Origin: Thermodesulfobacteriota bacterium
Lineage (GTDB): Bacteria; Desulfobacterota; Desulfarculia; JACQYL01
Assembly: GCA_963675595.2 (NCBI GenBank)
Contig: CAXXLZ010000001.1
Coordinates: 160,001 to 224,000 of the forward strand
Length of the DNA: 64,000 nt
Direction of reading: 5' to 3'
The position numbers and the translations under genes are program-made. Below, piece by piece: positions 49,014 through 57,964 of this stretch. Each line of letters begins with the position of its first letter. Within the stretch, counting starts at the first letter, position 1. The notes under the pieces are model-generated. The model was not told the origin of the DNA and searched no databases. It saw only the letters and a program-made list of their open reading frames with translations.

Positions 49014-51149
49014 CTACAAAGCTATCCTCAAACCGCCCACGAAAGTAGCGCCGGGCTGCGGATAACCCTCACGTTCCTGGTAGTCTTGGTCGGTGATGTT
49101 CTCTGCGGAGAAGAACGCCTCCCAGCTGCTCCAACGGTTCTCGAAGAATCGATAACGAGCGTTGAAGTTGAGCAACAAATAGGAGTCGAGTTCCATCAAG
49201 TCCGCGCCGGAGAAGTGCTCCCGTGAGTCCACGTAATTGGCGAAAAGCTCGGCCGAGAACTTGTTCTCAAATGCGTATTCGATCCCGATGTTGAACATCT
49301 TCTCGGGGAGGTCCGGTAGTTCGGAAGTCGTTTCGTTACCCGAATCCCAAGGATCGTCGTCCTTGTCGCTGTCCTGATAGGTGAAATTGGCCCAGGCGGA
49401 AAAGCCGTACGGCAGCTTGGCGCCGACTTCCAATTCCACGCCTTGCACGGTCACGTCCCCGATGTTGTAGACGACCTGACCGGTTCCGGGTACGGTCACG
49501 GAGGCTATGTAGTCGTTGATGTCATAGAAATAGTAGCGCAACCTTGTGGTGAGGCTGTCGAAGAAGACTTGTTCCACGCCCAATTCATACTGAAAGGCTT
49601 TTTCAACGGAAAGGTCTGTGTTGAAGAAGTCGGTGCTCCGATTCAGGTACCACCAGAAGTATTCGGGCGAGTTTGGATAGCGGTGTACGATCCCGAAGCG
49701 ACCGTTGACCGAACCGCCGTCCCAAGGACGAAACACGATTCCGATCCGTGGGTCCGCATTGAATTCATCCAGGTCGCTCGGCTGGGCTCCTGCCGGATAA
49801 CCGAAGGCGTCGGGATCAATCTCACAGGCCTTGAACCATTCGGCGCGCACGCCGGCTTCCAGGTCCAGACGGGAATGAATGCGCCACCTGTCCTGTAGGT
49901 AGGCCGCATTGTATTCCAGACACTTGGGCTGGCCTTTGAAGCCTTCCTTGATAAACGCGAAATAGGGGCTGTTGATGGAGGCATTGAAGGCGCTCGCGTC
50001 GATGAAGTCGACCACCTGATCGCCCCAACCGTAACGCCGAATCTCGAACCCCGCTCCAACGGTGTGGTCGCCCAGGAAGAGTTCGGAATCTCCGACGATC
50101 TCCCAGTTCGCGTCTTCCCCTTCGGTTTCGCGTTGGTATATGAGTCTGCCGTCATCCGACGCATAAAAGGATTCGTCCTGATCATGGTTCCACTGCAGAT
50201 AGGAAACGCGCGCATAACCCAATTCAAAATATTTCGCCAGGTACACGTCGAAGAAGTTGTTCTTGTCATGCGCCTCCGTACCGTCTCCCCAGCCGTAGTC
50301 GCCCTCGATGAGTCGGGCGCCCACACCCGGTCCGCCCAATTCACGGGAAACGCTTGTGGGGTCGTCGGAGTCGAAATAGGGGCTGTCGGACATGTTGTAG
50401 GCGGGCATTCCGGTCTTTGCATCGGAGTAGAGACCTCCCGCGCCCAGTTCGAAGTTGAAGGGCAGGTCCAGAGTGAGCTTGCCGAAGAACTGGTTGCGTT
50501 CGAAGTCGTTGTTTCGCAAATACCCGTCGGTTTCGTAGTGGTTGGCGCTCAGTACCCAGCCCACCGGTCCCACCTTCCAAAGATGAGAGAAACGGGTGTC
50601 CCAAGTATCGAAACTGCCGTATGAAGTCCTGATGACGGTATTGGGTTTTTCGACCGGCCGTTTGGTGACGATATTGATGGTTCCGCCCAATGTGTCGCCG
50701 TATCGAGCAGGTCCGGCGCCGCGAATGATCTCGATCCGCTCGACGTACTCCGACGTCAAGACGGACCAGTCCACAGGGCCGGAACCGTAAGAGCCGTCGC
50801 GTTTGAAAGGCAGGCCGTCGACCAGCACGCGGAAGCGGGTTTCATCGAAACCGCGGAGTCTGACCTTTCGGCTGTCCGCTCCGGCGAAAGAACCGCTCCT
50901 GAACTGGATTCCCGCCTGATTACGGAGCGCCTGGACCACGGAGTCCATGATGTCGGCCCGCTCCAGCTCATTTTCCTGGATGACGTTGTCGACATAAACG
51001 GGAATGGCGCCTTCGGCTTTCTTCGCCCAAACGGTCACTTCATCCAATTTGACCGGCGACTCCGACACCGTCTCCGCAGCAGACCGGTTCGCCCAAAGTA
51101 AGCACAGCAGCAATGCCGCCGAGAATGAAATTCGGACCCAGGTTCTCAT
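49014..51149 (-). CDS. TonB-dependent receptor
   Basis: TonB-box-like LDEVTVWA; plug motifs LRGF...VLVDG and ERIEIIRGAG..YG.TLGGTINIVTK; ENITD near the C-terminus. RBS GGAGG before ATG 51149. Confidence 0.92.
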   Translation of the reverse strand: MRTWVRISFSAALLLCLLWANRSAAETVSESPVKLDEVTVWAKKAEGAIPVYVDNVIQENELERADIMDSVVQALRNQAGIQFRSGSFAGADSRKVRLRGFDETRFRVLVDGLPFKRDGSYGSGPVDWSVLTSEYVERIEIIRGAGPARYGDTLGGTINIVTKRPVEKPNTVIRTSYGSFDTWDTRFSHLWKVGPVGWVLSANHYETDGYLRNNDFERNQFFGKLTLDLPFNFELGAGGLYSDAKTGMPAYNMSDSPYFDSDDPTSVSRELGGPGVGARLIEGDYGWGDGTEAHDKNNFFDVYLAKYFELGYARVSYLQWNHDQDESFYASDDGRLIYQRETEGEDANWEIVGDSELFLGDHTVGAGFEIRRYGWGDQVVDFIDASAFNASINSPYFAFIKEGFKGQPKCLEYNAAYLQDRWRIHSRLDLEAGVRAEWFKACEIDPDAFGYPAGAQPSDLDEFNADPRIGIVFRPWDGGSVNGRFGIVHRYPNSPEYFWWYLNRSTDFFNTDLSVEKAFQYELGVEQVFFDSLTTRLRYYFYDINDYIASVTVPGTGQVVYNIGDVTVQGVELEVGAKLPYGFSAWANFTYQDSDKDDDPWDSGNETTSELPDLPEKMFNIGIEYAFENKFSAELFANYVDSREHFSGADLMELDSYLLLNFNARYRFFENRWSSWEAFFSAENITDQDYQEREGYPQPGATFVGGLRIAL

Positions 51150-51210
51150 TTGCTCAATCCTCCATGAACGTGATTTCCGCCTCTCGTGAGGCTTCCGGCG
51201 TTTGCCTTTC

Positions 51211-51297
51211 AAAAAAAAGACCACGAAAGACCGACTCAGGGGAGCCGGACCTTCATGGTCCGTAATGCCATCCTTATGTTGTGGCGCTTCAGATCAG
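51211..51297 (-). terminator. Intrinsic terminator/attenuator between the XRE gene and the TonB receptor
   Basis: GACCAUGAAG..CCGGCUC-CCCU-GAGUCGG..UUUCGUGGUC followed by U8, preceded by an overlapping alternative hairpin. Confidence 0.7.
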
Positions 51298-51834
51298 ATT
51301 GTAGTGAACCAGAAACAACTCGGCGTCTTCGAGCACATCCATACGGTGCTCGTGCAATGCCTTGAAACGGAGCGAATCGCCCGCTTGCAGTTCATGGGAC
51401 CGTCCTCCCACTTCGATCCGTACAAGACCTTTTGAAACGAAACACACTTCCCAAGTGTTTTCATGCAGGTCAGGATCGAAACAGGTCTGGACGCCCGCAC
51501 GCACACATAGATGATACAGCTCGAGGTCGGCATACCTGACTCGAGTACCCTGATAGCCTTCGCGATCAAAAGTTTCGCATCGACCGGTTTCAGCGGTTCT
51601 GGATTCGGCCAGTCCCACCAGTTCGCTGGGAGAAACGTGCAGGACCCTCGCAAGCGCCTCGATGGTCTGCAAAGTGGGGTTCCCCGCATCGGCTTCGATT
51701 TTCAGAACCGTTCCGCGGGTCAAACCGGCCTTCTCGGCCAGTTCATCCGCGCTCAGCCCCCACTTTCTGCGGAGGTTTTTGACGACGCTCAGGTCGCAGG
51801 CCTTGGAATCTTTCCGAGTTCGCTGATCATCCAT
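51289..51834 (-). CDS. XRE-family HTH regulator with a cupin sensor domain
   Basis: LSADELAEKAGLTRGTVLKIE..GNPTL and cupin H...WE..V..G...GDSLRF...H. Confidence 0.9.
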   Translation of the reverse strand: MDDQRTRKDSKACDLSVVKNLRRKWGLSADELAEKAGLTRGTVLKIEADAGNPTLQTIEALARVLHVSPSELVGLAESRTAETGRCETFDREGYQGTRVRYADLELYHLCVRAGVQTCFDPDLHENTWEVCFVSKGLVRIEVGGRSHELQAGDSLRFKALHEHRMDVLEDAELFLVHYNLI

Positions 51835-51932
51835 TAAAGTACGCCTTAGATATATTAAAATATACTATCCGGTCAATGAAAATTTACACTGCGTTCCCGG
51901 CTCAAGGAATCGGCTTGCCGGCGTAGGCGTAA

Positions 51933-52081
51933 CGGGCCGTTGAAAAAAGCGATCCGCGGCGTTGCGCTTCCTTCCTCGTCACTGCGGCGTACTCTATGTA
52001 CGGCTCCTTCCTCGGGACTTGCGCGCCTTGCATCTCATCGTTTTTCGGCGCCTGCGGCAACCGGCCTTTTCCAACGGGCTG
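51933..52081. repeat. ~120-bp dispersed MITE-like repeat, copy 2
   Basis: Matches copies 1 and 3, with a trailing partial end TTTTCCAACGGGCTG. Confidence 0.8.
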
Positions 52082-52254
52082 GTAAGGATAGGTCATAAGA
52101 GGGCGGCTCGACCGGTTCAGGACTTTCGGTACCCTTCCGTCCGGGAAGCGGTTTTCCGGTTCCTCGCCATCGCCGCCGATGATCAACATTTGATATCCGT
52201 ATGTCGGAGAATGGGGCCGTCCGAACGAAACGGAAGCGGCCCCGGATTGCTCGG

Positions 52255-52406
52255 CAGGCCGTTGAAAAAAAGCGATCTGCGGCGTTACGTTTCATCCCTC
52301 GTCACTGCAACGTACTTCTATGTACGCCTCGTTCCTCAGGATTTGCGCGCCTTGCATCTCATCATTTTTCAACAGCCTGCCATAACCCGTCTTTTTCAAC
52401 GGGCTG
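52255..52406. repeat. ~120-bp dispersed MITE-like repeat, copy 3
   Basis: TIRs CAGGCCGTTGAAAAA / TTTTTCAACAGCCTG; abuts the stop codon at 52407. Confidence 0.82.
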
Positions 52407-54659
52407 TCAGCCAAGCTCGGGAGCGGCGGGTTCCAAACGACAGGGCACGTACCGGTGCAACGGCGTTCCAATGGGATCCCGGTGCGTGCTCTTGGTCAAT
52501 CGGTTCACGTTGATGCCGAAGACCTTGCCGTCGTAATCCAGGCCGAAGCCGTGGGGAATGAGCACCGTCCCTTGTCTCACTTGGCGGGTGGTCTGGAGTT
52601 CCCCTGTTTCGCTGCCCGCTTCGGTGGTCACGACCACCTTCAGACCGTCTTTCAGCCCCAATGCCTCGGCGTCGTCGGGGTTGACGGCCACGGTACAAGC
52701 CCGCTTTCCTTCGTTCCATGCCGGATTGCGCATCAACGTGTTGGCGTTGTAGTCCATGTGCCGCCCGGCGTGGAGAATGAGCGGGAATTCGGCGGGCATC
52801 TTCAGTTCCCGAGACTCGCGTTCGGGGTTCAGATTCCGTGCCTGCTCTTCCAGTTCCGGGATGTGAACCTCGATCTTGCCGGAGGGGGTTTTGACGTTGG
52901 ACAGATTGTTTTCCGTGTCTGTTTTGCCGATCCAAAGTCCCTGCGGGGTATCCAGGAGGGCCTGGAATATACGGTCCCCCTGGTCCGGACCCGGTTCGAA
53001 TCCAGCCCTCGCCGCGTTCTCCCGGAAGGACGCAGGGGCGGTCATAAGCAAGCCCCAGAGCGCAGCCAAGTGGGCGCTTCCCCAGGCATGCCCAAGGGTC
53101 TTTGCAAGCACGAAAGGCATGGCTGCTTTTGCCTTGGCTTCTTCCGCCGCCCAACGCATCAGGCGGCTTCCGAACACCGGCCGCGGACCTTGCGCGGCTT
53201 GGATCAGGTCTTGAGGGATGTCCGGCACCAGCCCCAGCCTGTCCGCCAATCGCGTGTAGATCTCACCGGCTTCCAGGCAATCTCCCGGCGTGGGCACGAG
53301 AGGGCGCCGCATCTGGAAAAAGACCTCCGGATAGGTCCAGGGGAAGAAGGTGCCGTCCCAGGATTCGTAAAAAGACCGGCAGGGCAGAACGTAATGAGCC
53401 TCACGCGCGGTCTCGGTCATCACGATCTCGTTGACCACCAACAGGTCGAGACGAGCGAAAGCCTTCTCGTAAGCCTTTGTGTCGGCATAGGCTCTCAACG
53501 GATTGCAGGCGCTGACCACCACTCCGCGGAGACGCTCCTCGTGATCGCTCAGGATTTCCTCGGGCATGACGTTGGGAGGAAAGGAACCCGCGGCGGCGGG
53601 AGGCAGGTTCGTAACCCGAGTCCGCCACGTTTTGGGGTCGCGTTCGTCGCTGTGAAACCCCATGGGCATGAACATTCCGGGTATCACGTTACCGCCGCGA
53701 ACGCCGAAGATGCCGCAGACCGCTCCAAGGAGGTGCAGAAAGTAGGAATTCAGGGTGCTGTGACGGCCCATGTAAATCCCCAGGTCCGGATGCACGCACC
53801 ATCGTTTGGTGGTCAGGAGGCGACAAAGTTCGCGGACCTGTTCGTACGATAATTCGCACACGTCCAATGCGCCGCGCACGTCGAAGTTCTCAAACCATGG
53901 ACGGACCAGGGACCAGCCGTCGACATTCTTATCCAGATACTCGCGGGCTTCCCATCTTTCTTCGAGGATGACCGTAATCATCGCCTTCATAAGTAAGGCG
54001 TCGGTGCCGGGCCGGACGGCCAGGTGGAGGTCCGCCGCCGCCGCGGTTTCACTCTTTCTTGGATCAATCACCACAAGGAGGCGATCCGGGTCCGCACTGA
54101 ATTCCTTGAGCACTTTTCTGGCCCGAGGCATCTGGTGGCTCATCATTCCGTTCCAGCCCCAGGCGACCAGCATTTGCGAGGCATGCTCATCCGGCATGGC
54201 CACGTTGTACTGCTTCCCAAACAGGCGGCCGGTGACCCACCAATGCCCGCTGAACTCTTGCCCGGCCGAGGAATAGTAATACTGAGAGCCCAACCCCCTC
54301 AACAGCCGTAACCCGAAGGCCGCTTCGAAATTTCCCCCTTGAGCGCCGCCTCCCATATAGGCCAGACTTCGAGGACCATGCCGTCGGGCCAATTCCCCCA
54401 GCTTTTCCGCGATCTCATCAAGGGCGTGGTCCCAAGGGATGGGCTCGAATGCGTTTCCCACTCGCTTGAGAGGCGTAGTGAGGCGTTCTTTGGGATATTG
54501 ATGGTAGAGGACGTTGAGGCCCTTGCGACATACGTAGCCTTGGCTGCGAGGATTTTCCTTATCGGGTCGGACCTTGACCATCCGACCGTTTTCCACCAGG
54601 GCTTCCAGACCACAGTTCTGGGCGCACAACACACAAGCGGTTTTGTGCCACGAGTTCAT
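52407..54659 (-). CDS. Molybdopterin-dependent oxidoreductase (DMSO reductase superfamily), cytoplasmic
   Basis: TACVLCAQNCG...GYVCRKG Fe-S motif, VIDPRKSETA, VRPGTD, C-terminal MGD-binding domain; no Tat signal. Confidence 0.88.
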   Translation of the reverse strand: MNSWHKTACVLCAQNCGLEALVENGRMVKVRPDKENPRSQGYVCRKGLNVLYHQYPKERLTTPLKRVGNAFEPIPWDHALDEIAEKLGELARRHGPRSLAYMGGGAQGGNFEAAFGLRLLRGLGSQYYYSSAGQEFSGHWWVTGRLFGKQYNVAMPDEHASQMLVAWGWNGMMSHQMPRARKVLKEFSADPDRLLVVIDPRKSETAAAADLHLAVRPGTDALLMKAMITVILEERWEAREYLDKNVDGWSLVRPWFENFDVRGALDVCELSYEQVRELCRLLTTKRWCVHPDLGIYMGRHSTLNSYFLHLLGAVCGIFGVRGGNVIPGMFMPMGFHSDERDPKTWRTRVTNLPPAAAGSFPPNVMPEEILSDHEERLRGVVVSACNPLRAYADTKAYEKAFARLDLLVVNEIVMTETAREAHYVLPCRSFYESWDGTFFPWTYPEVFFQMRRPLVPTPGDCLEAGEIYTRLADRLGLVPDIPQDLIQAAQGPRPVFGSRLMRWAAEEAKAKAAMPFVLAKTLGHAWGSAHLAALWGLLMTAPASFRENAARAGFEPGPDQGDRIFQALLDTPQGLWIGKTDTENNLSNVKTPSGKIEVHIPELEEQARNLNPERESRELKMPAEFPLILHAGRHMDYNANTLMRNPAWNEGKRACTVAVNPDDAEALGLKDGLKVVVTTEAGSETGELQTTRQVRQGTVLIPHGFGLDYDGKVFGINVNRLTKSTHRDPIGTPLHRYVPCRLEPAAPELG

Positions 54660-54721
54660 GGGTTCTCCTTTGGAGGGCGGCCCCACAGGCTCTCTTCGGA
54701 GACCGCCGCTCCGGCTGTCGG

Positions 54722-56728
54722 CTAAACGATCCTTCTCCCTGCGGCAAAGCCTTGATGCACGGCGTCGAAAGCCAGACCGATGCGAACTGCGTCGCCGGCC
54801 GCCAAGCAGGCAATGCCCTTCTGCTCGAGGGAGGCCTGAAGAGGATTAAAGGAAGTGGCCCCCGTTGCCAGCACCACGGTGTCGCACGGTAGGAACGACT
54901 CCTTCCCGTTCTCGTCCACCTTTACCCCTTCGGAGGTAATCTCCAGGGCCTTGGTACGTTTCTTCAGAGCAACACCTTGACGCTCCAGGTCCTGCATCAT
55001 GGTCCATCGGGTGGTCAGGCCAATGTCTTTTCCGATGACGTCTTCCATTTCAATCACCGTGACCTGTTTCGATCCATGGGTGGCCCATTCGTAGAGGGTT
55101 TTCGGATCCTCGGCCTGGTTGACCAGCAGGAATTTCAGCCCCTCTCCGGAAAGAGTGCCTTTGTCCGCCAAGTACAGAGCGGTCTCCACACCCACCGCTC
55201 CACCGCCGATGACCACCACGCTCCCGCCGGTGAGCACGTTGTCGGCCAATACGTCCCAAGCCTGAACCACATGAGGCGAATCGACACCGGGAATGGGAGG
55301 CGTCAGAGGGGTGGCTCCGGTAGCCAGGACCACGGCATCCGGATTTTCTTGTTCCACCAATGAGATATCCACTTCTTTGTCGGTCACGACCCGGATACCG
55401 GCGGCAACGACCCGGCGGGCCAAATCCTCGGCCAGCTCTTTGAATTCCTCCCTTCCCGGAGGAGCACCGGCAAGCAGAAGTTGGCCTCCCAGGCAACCGC
55501 TCTTTTCGTACAATGTTACGCTGTGTCCGCACCCGACGGCGGCCAGCGCCGCGTTCATACCGGCGGGCCCGCCCCCCACCACCATGATGCGACGGGGATC
55601 GGAACTCGCGGACAGGGCGCACTCCTTCTCATGGCCGGCCTGAGGGTTGCAGAGGCATTCCACCGGCTTTTCCCTGAAGATGTGATCAAAACAACCTTGT
55701 CCGCAGGCTACGCAATGGATGATTTCCGATTCCCGGCCGTTCTTGGCCTTTTCAGGCAATCGGGGATCGGCGAGAAGAGCTCTGCCCATGGCCGCCATGT
55801 CGCACATGCCGTCGGCGATGAGCTCCCGAGCGATGGTGGGATCACTGATGCGGTGACCGGAGATGACCGGTATTCCGACCCGCTCTTTGATGCCCCGGGC
55901 CAGATAGGCGAAGACGCCTCGGGGCACGGAAGCCACAATCTGAGGCACTCGCGCTTCGTGCCATCCCACATTGATGTTGAGAGCATCTACACCGGCTTCC
56001 TCCAATGCCCGTGCGTACGTTTGCAGTTCTTCCCGACCGTTGCCGCCGGGCATGAAATCATTACCGTTCATCCGCACCAGAAGAGGAAATTCGTTTCCCA
56101 CCTGTTTGCGGATCGCCCGGACCACATCCAAGCCGAAGCGCATGCGGTTTTCCAAGGAACCGCCATAGTCGTCCGTCCGTTGATTGGTCAAGGGGGACAA
56201 GAATTCGCTGATCAGATATCCGGTGCCGCTCAGCACCTCGACGCCGTCGAAACCGGCTTCCTGAATACGCCGGGCCGCGGCGACGAACGAGCTTACCACC
56301 TGTCCGATTTCATCGAGTGTCAGTTCCCGGGGCGTTTCGCGAGTGAGACGGGAAGGCAAAGGGGAGGGGGCCACCGGCTGTTGTTTGCCGATCTGACGCG
56401 AAAGAGCGTATCGGCCTGCGTGGTTGAGCTGCACCATACACCGGGCCCCATGGTCTTTGACGGCGTCGGCCAGCCGTCGCAACCCCGGAACGAATCGGTC
56501 GTCATGGGCGCCGATGCCGGAGGGACCGCCGGAGCGTTCGTCCACCGTGGCAAAGCCAACGATGATCAAGCCCGCTCCGCCCTTGGCCCTTTCCGCATAG
56601 AAGTCGATCAGACGGTCGGTTACCTCGTAATCCCGGCACATGACCATGTACATGGCCGGCATGACGATGCGGTTCGAGATGGTCATCCCATTGATCTGGA
56701 TGGGCTGAAACAACGGATCATTCTTCAT
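54722..56728 (-). CDS. NADH:flavin oxidoreductase, 2,4-dienoyl-CoA reductase (FadH)-like
   Basis: QLNHAGR, GYLISEFLSPLTNQRTDDYGG, GWHEARVP, CVACGQGC, two Rossmann motifs. Confidence 0.9.
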   Translation of the reverse strand: MKNDPLFQPIQINGMTISNRIVMPAMYMVMCRDYEVTDRLIDFYAERAKGGAGLIIVGFATVDERSGGPSGIGAHDDRFVPGLRRLADAVKDHGARCMVQLNHAGRYALSRQIGKQQPVAPSPLPSRLTRETPRELTLDEIGQVVSSFVAAARRIQEAGFDGVEVLSGTGYLISEFLSPLTNQRTDDYGGSLENRMRFGLDVVRAIRKQVGNEFPLLVRMNGNDFMPGGNGREELQTYARALEEAGVDALNINVGWHEARVPQIVASVPRGVFAYLARGIKERVGIPVISGHRISDPTIARELIADGMCDMAAMGRALLADPRLPEKAKNGRESEIIHCVACGQGCFDHIFREKPVECLCNPQAGHEKECALSASSDPRRIMVVGGGPAGMNAALAAVGCGHSVTLYEKSGCLGGQLLLAGAPPGREEFKELAEDLARRVVAAGIRVVTDKEVDISLVEQENPDAVVLATGATPLTPPIPGVDSPHVVQAWDVLADNVLTGGSVVVIGGGAVGVETALYLADKGTLSGEGLKFLLVNQAEDPKTLYEWATHGSKQVTVIEMEDVIGKDIGLTTRWTMMQDLERQGVALKKRTKALEITSEGVKVDENGKESFLPCDTVVLATGATSFNPLQASLEQKGIACLAAGDAVRIGLAFDAVHQGFAAGRRIV

Positions 56729-56785
56729 GAGACCTCCTTGGTGATGGGAGATGACTTGCATACGAACTATTTGCTCAAAAAAAGA

Positions 56786-57205
56786 TCACTCTTTCAGGTC
56801 CCGCAGGAACCGCTTCAGCAGGAGCTTTTCTTCCAGGCCCAGGCCGCCCAGGATTTCTGCGTTGGTCCGCTCTCCTTCTTCCACGAGCACGCCGTGAATC
56901 TCTTTGGCCTTGTCCGCCAAGTAAATCCTGACGAACCTCTTGTCCGCGTCGTCGGTTTCTTTTACAATCCATCCCTTTTCAGTCATTCGCTCCAAGATAC
57001 CCGACAACGTGGCGCTGTCCAGCATCAACTGCTTGCCGATATCTCCCGCGGACTGTCCTTCCTCTTCCCAAAGCGCTTCCAGGACCAGATATTGAGCGGG
57101 CGTCAAACCGTACTCGAGAAGTCGTTTCTTCAGCAGCCCATGGGCCCGCTGGTAGGCTTTGGCCAACAAAAAGATGATGCAGTCCTCGTATTGCTTCATA
57201 GCCAT
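56786..57205 (-). CDS. MarR-family transcriptional regulator
   Basis: GLTPAQYLVL...LDSATLSGILERM..KGWI...DKR. Confidence 0.92.
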   Translation of the reverse strand: MAMKQYEDCIIFLLAKAYQRAHGLLKKRLLEYGLTPAQYLVLEALWEEEGQSAGDIGKQLMLDSATLSGILERMTEKGWIVKETDDADKRFVRIYLADKAKEIHGVLVEEGERTNAEILGGLGLEEKLLLKRFLRDLKE

Positions 57206-57538
57206 GGGATAACCCTTTCGTACACAAGAGACTATACTCGACCCATAAACCCGTCAAGCAAAAATGAAGCGCTGTTCGTAGGAATCCAGGCGGTCGGTCT
57301 TGCCTTCACAAGCCGAAGGTCCCGTTCAACGCATGGGATCCGGGATGACCATTCTCAGCGCAGGGTGATGAAGGAGGGGCATTGTTGTGCGGGCGTCGGA
57401 AGACGGTTTGGAGATTCCTCTTCGCGCTTCCGGGATTTTTCGGCTTCCACTCGTGCGCGAAAAGCGTCTCTCTCATTCTCAGAGTCCACAGGTGCTTGAG
57501 AACATTAGGCCTTTTGTGATTCCGCTCTTCATTTGGCG

Positions 57539-57568
57539 TTGACAATCTTTCAGGCTCCACACTAAAAT
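57539..57568 (+). promoter_or_regulatory. Putative sigma70 promoter upstream of the hybrid kinase
   Basis: TTGACA-18 bp-TAAAAT. Confidence 0.55.
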
Positions 57569-57964
57569 CCCGCAAAAATGGATCGCCGTCCGCAGGCGGG
57601 CAGGTGGATGCGAGTTTTGAAAGTGTGAGGCGTACGCTGCGAACCGGCCGAAACCCGGCTGTACCGCCGGATGAAACCGGAGATCGGTCCAAACGTAAAA
57701 GGAGAGGTTTTCCCGTATTACGACGCCTGAAATTGCCGATCATTCCCGACGATATTTTTTCTCTCCTGTCCGCCAAGCAAGACCGGATCGTTCCGGAACT
57801 CGGTCTGAACGAGTCCCGGGATATTCGGCGCCAACGACAACTCAAACCACTTTTTTCTGCGGACGACTTCTCTCGGCCGAATGCGGCTGAACCTGACCGG
57901 AGCGGTGGCGCCCTCCTTCCTCATGCCGAATGATTCATCGGTGCCGGCGTTTGCGTAGAAGTCT

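Noticed and set aside
55481-57499. Long antisense ORFs (e.g. 55481-57499, 4250-5572, 35918-37159, 52455-53852)
   Set aside because: They are shadow frames opposite well-supported genes in GC-rich DNA and have no motifs.
57604-57960. ORF upstream of the hybrid kinase as a frameshifted N-terminus
   Set aside because: The translation shows no sensor-domain features, so there is no evidence for a frameshift.
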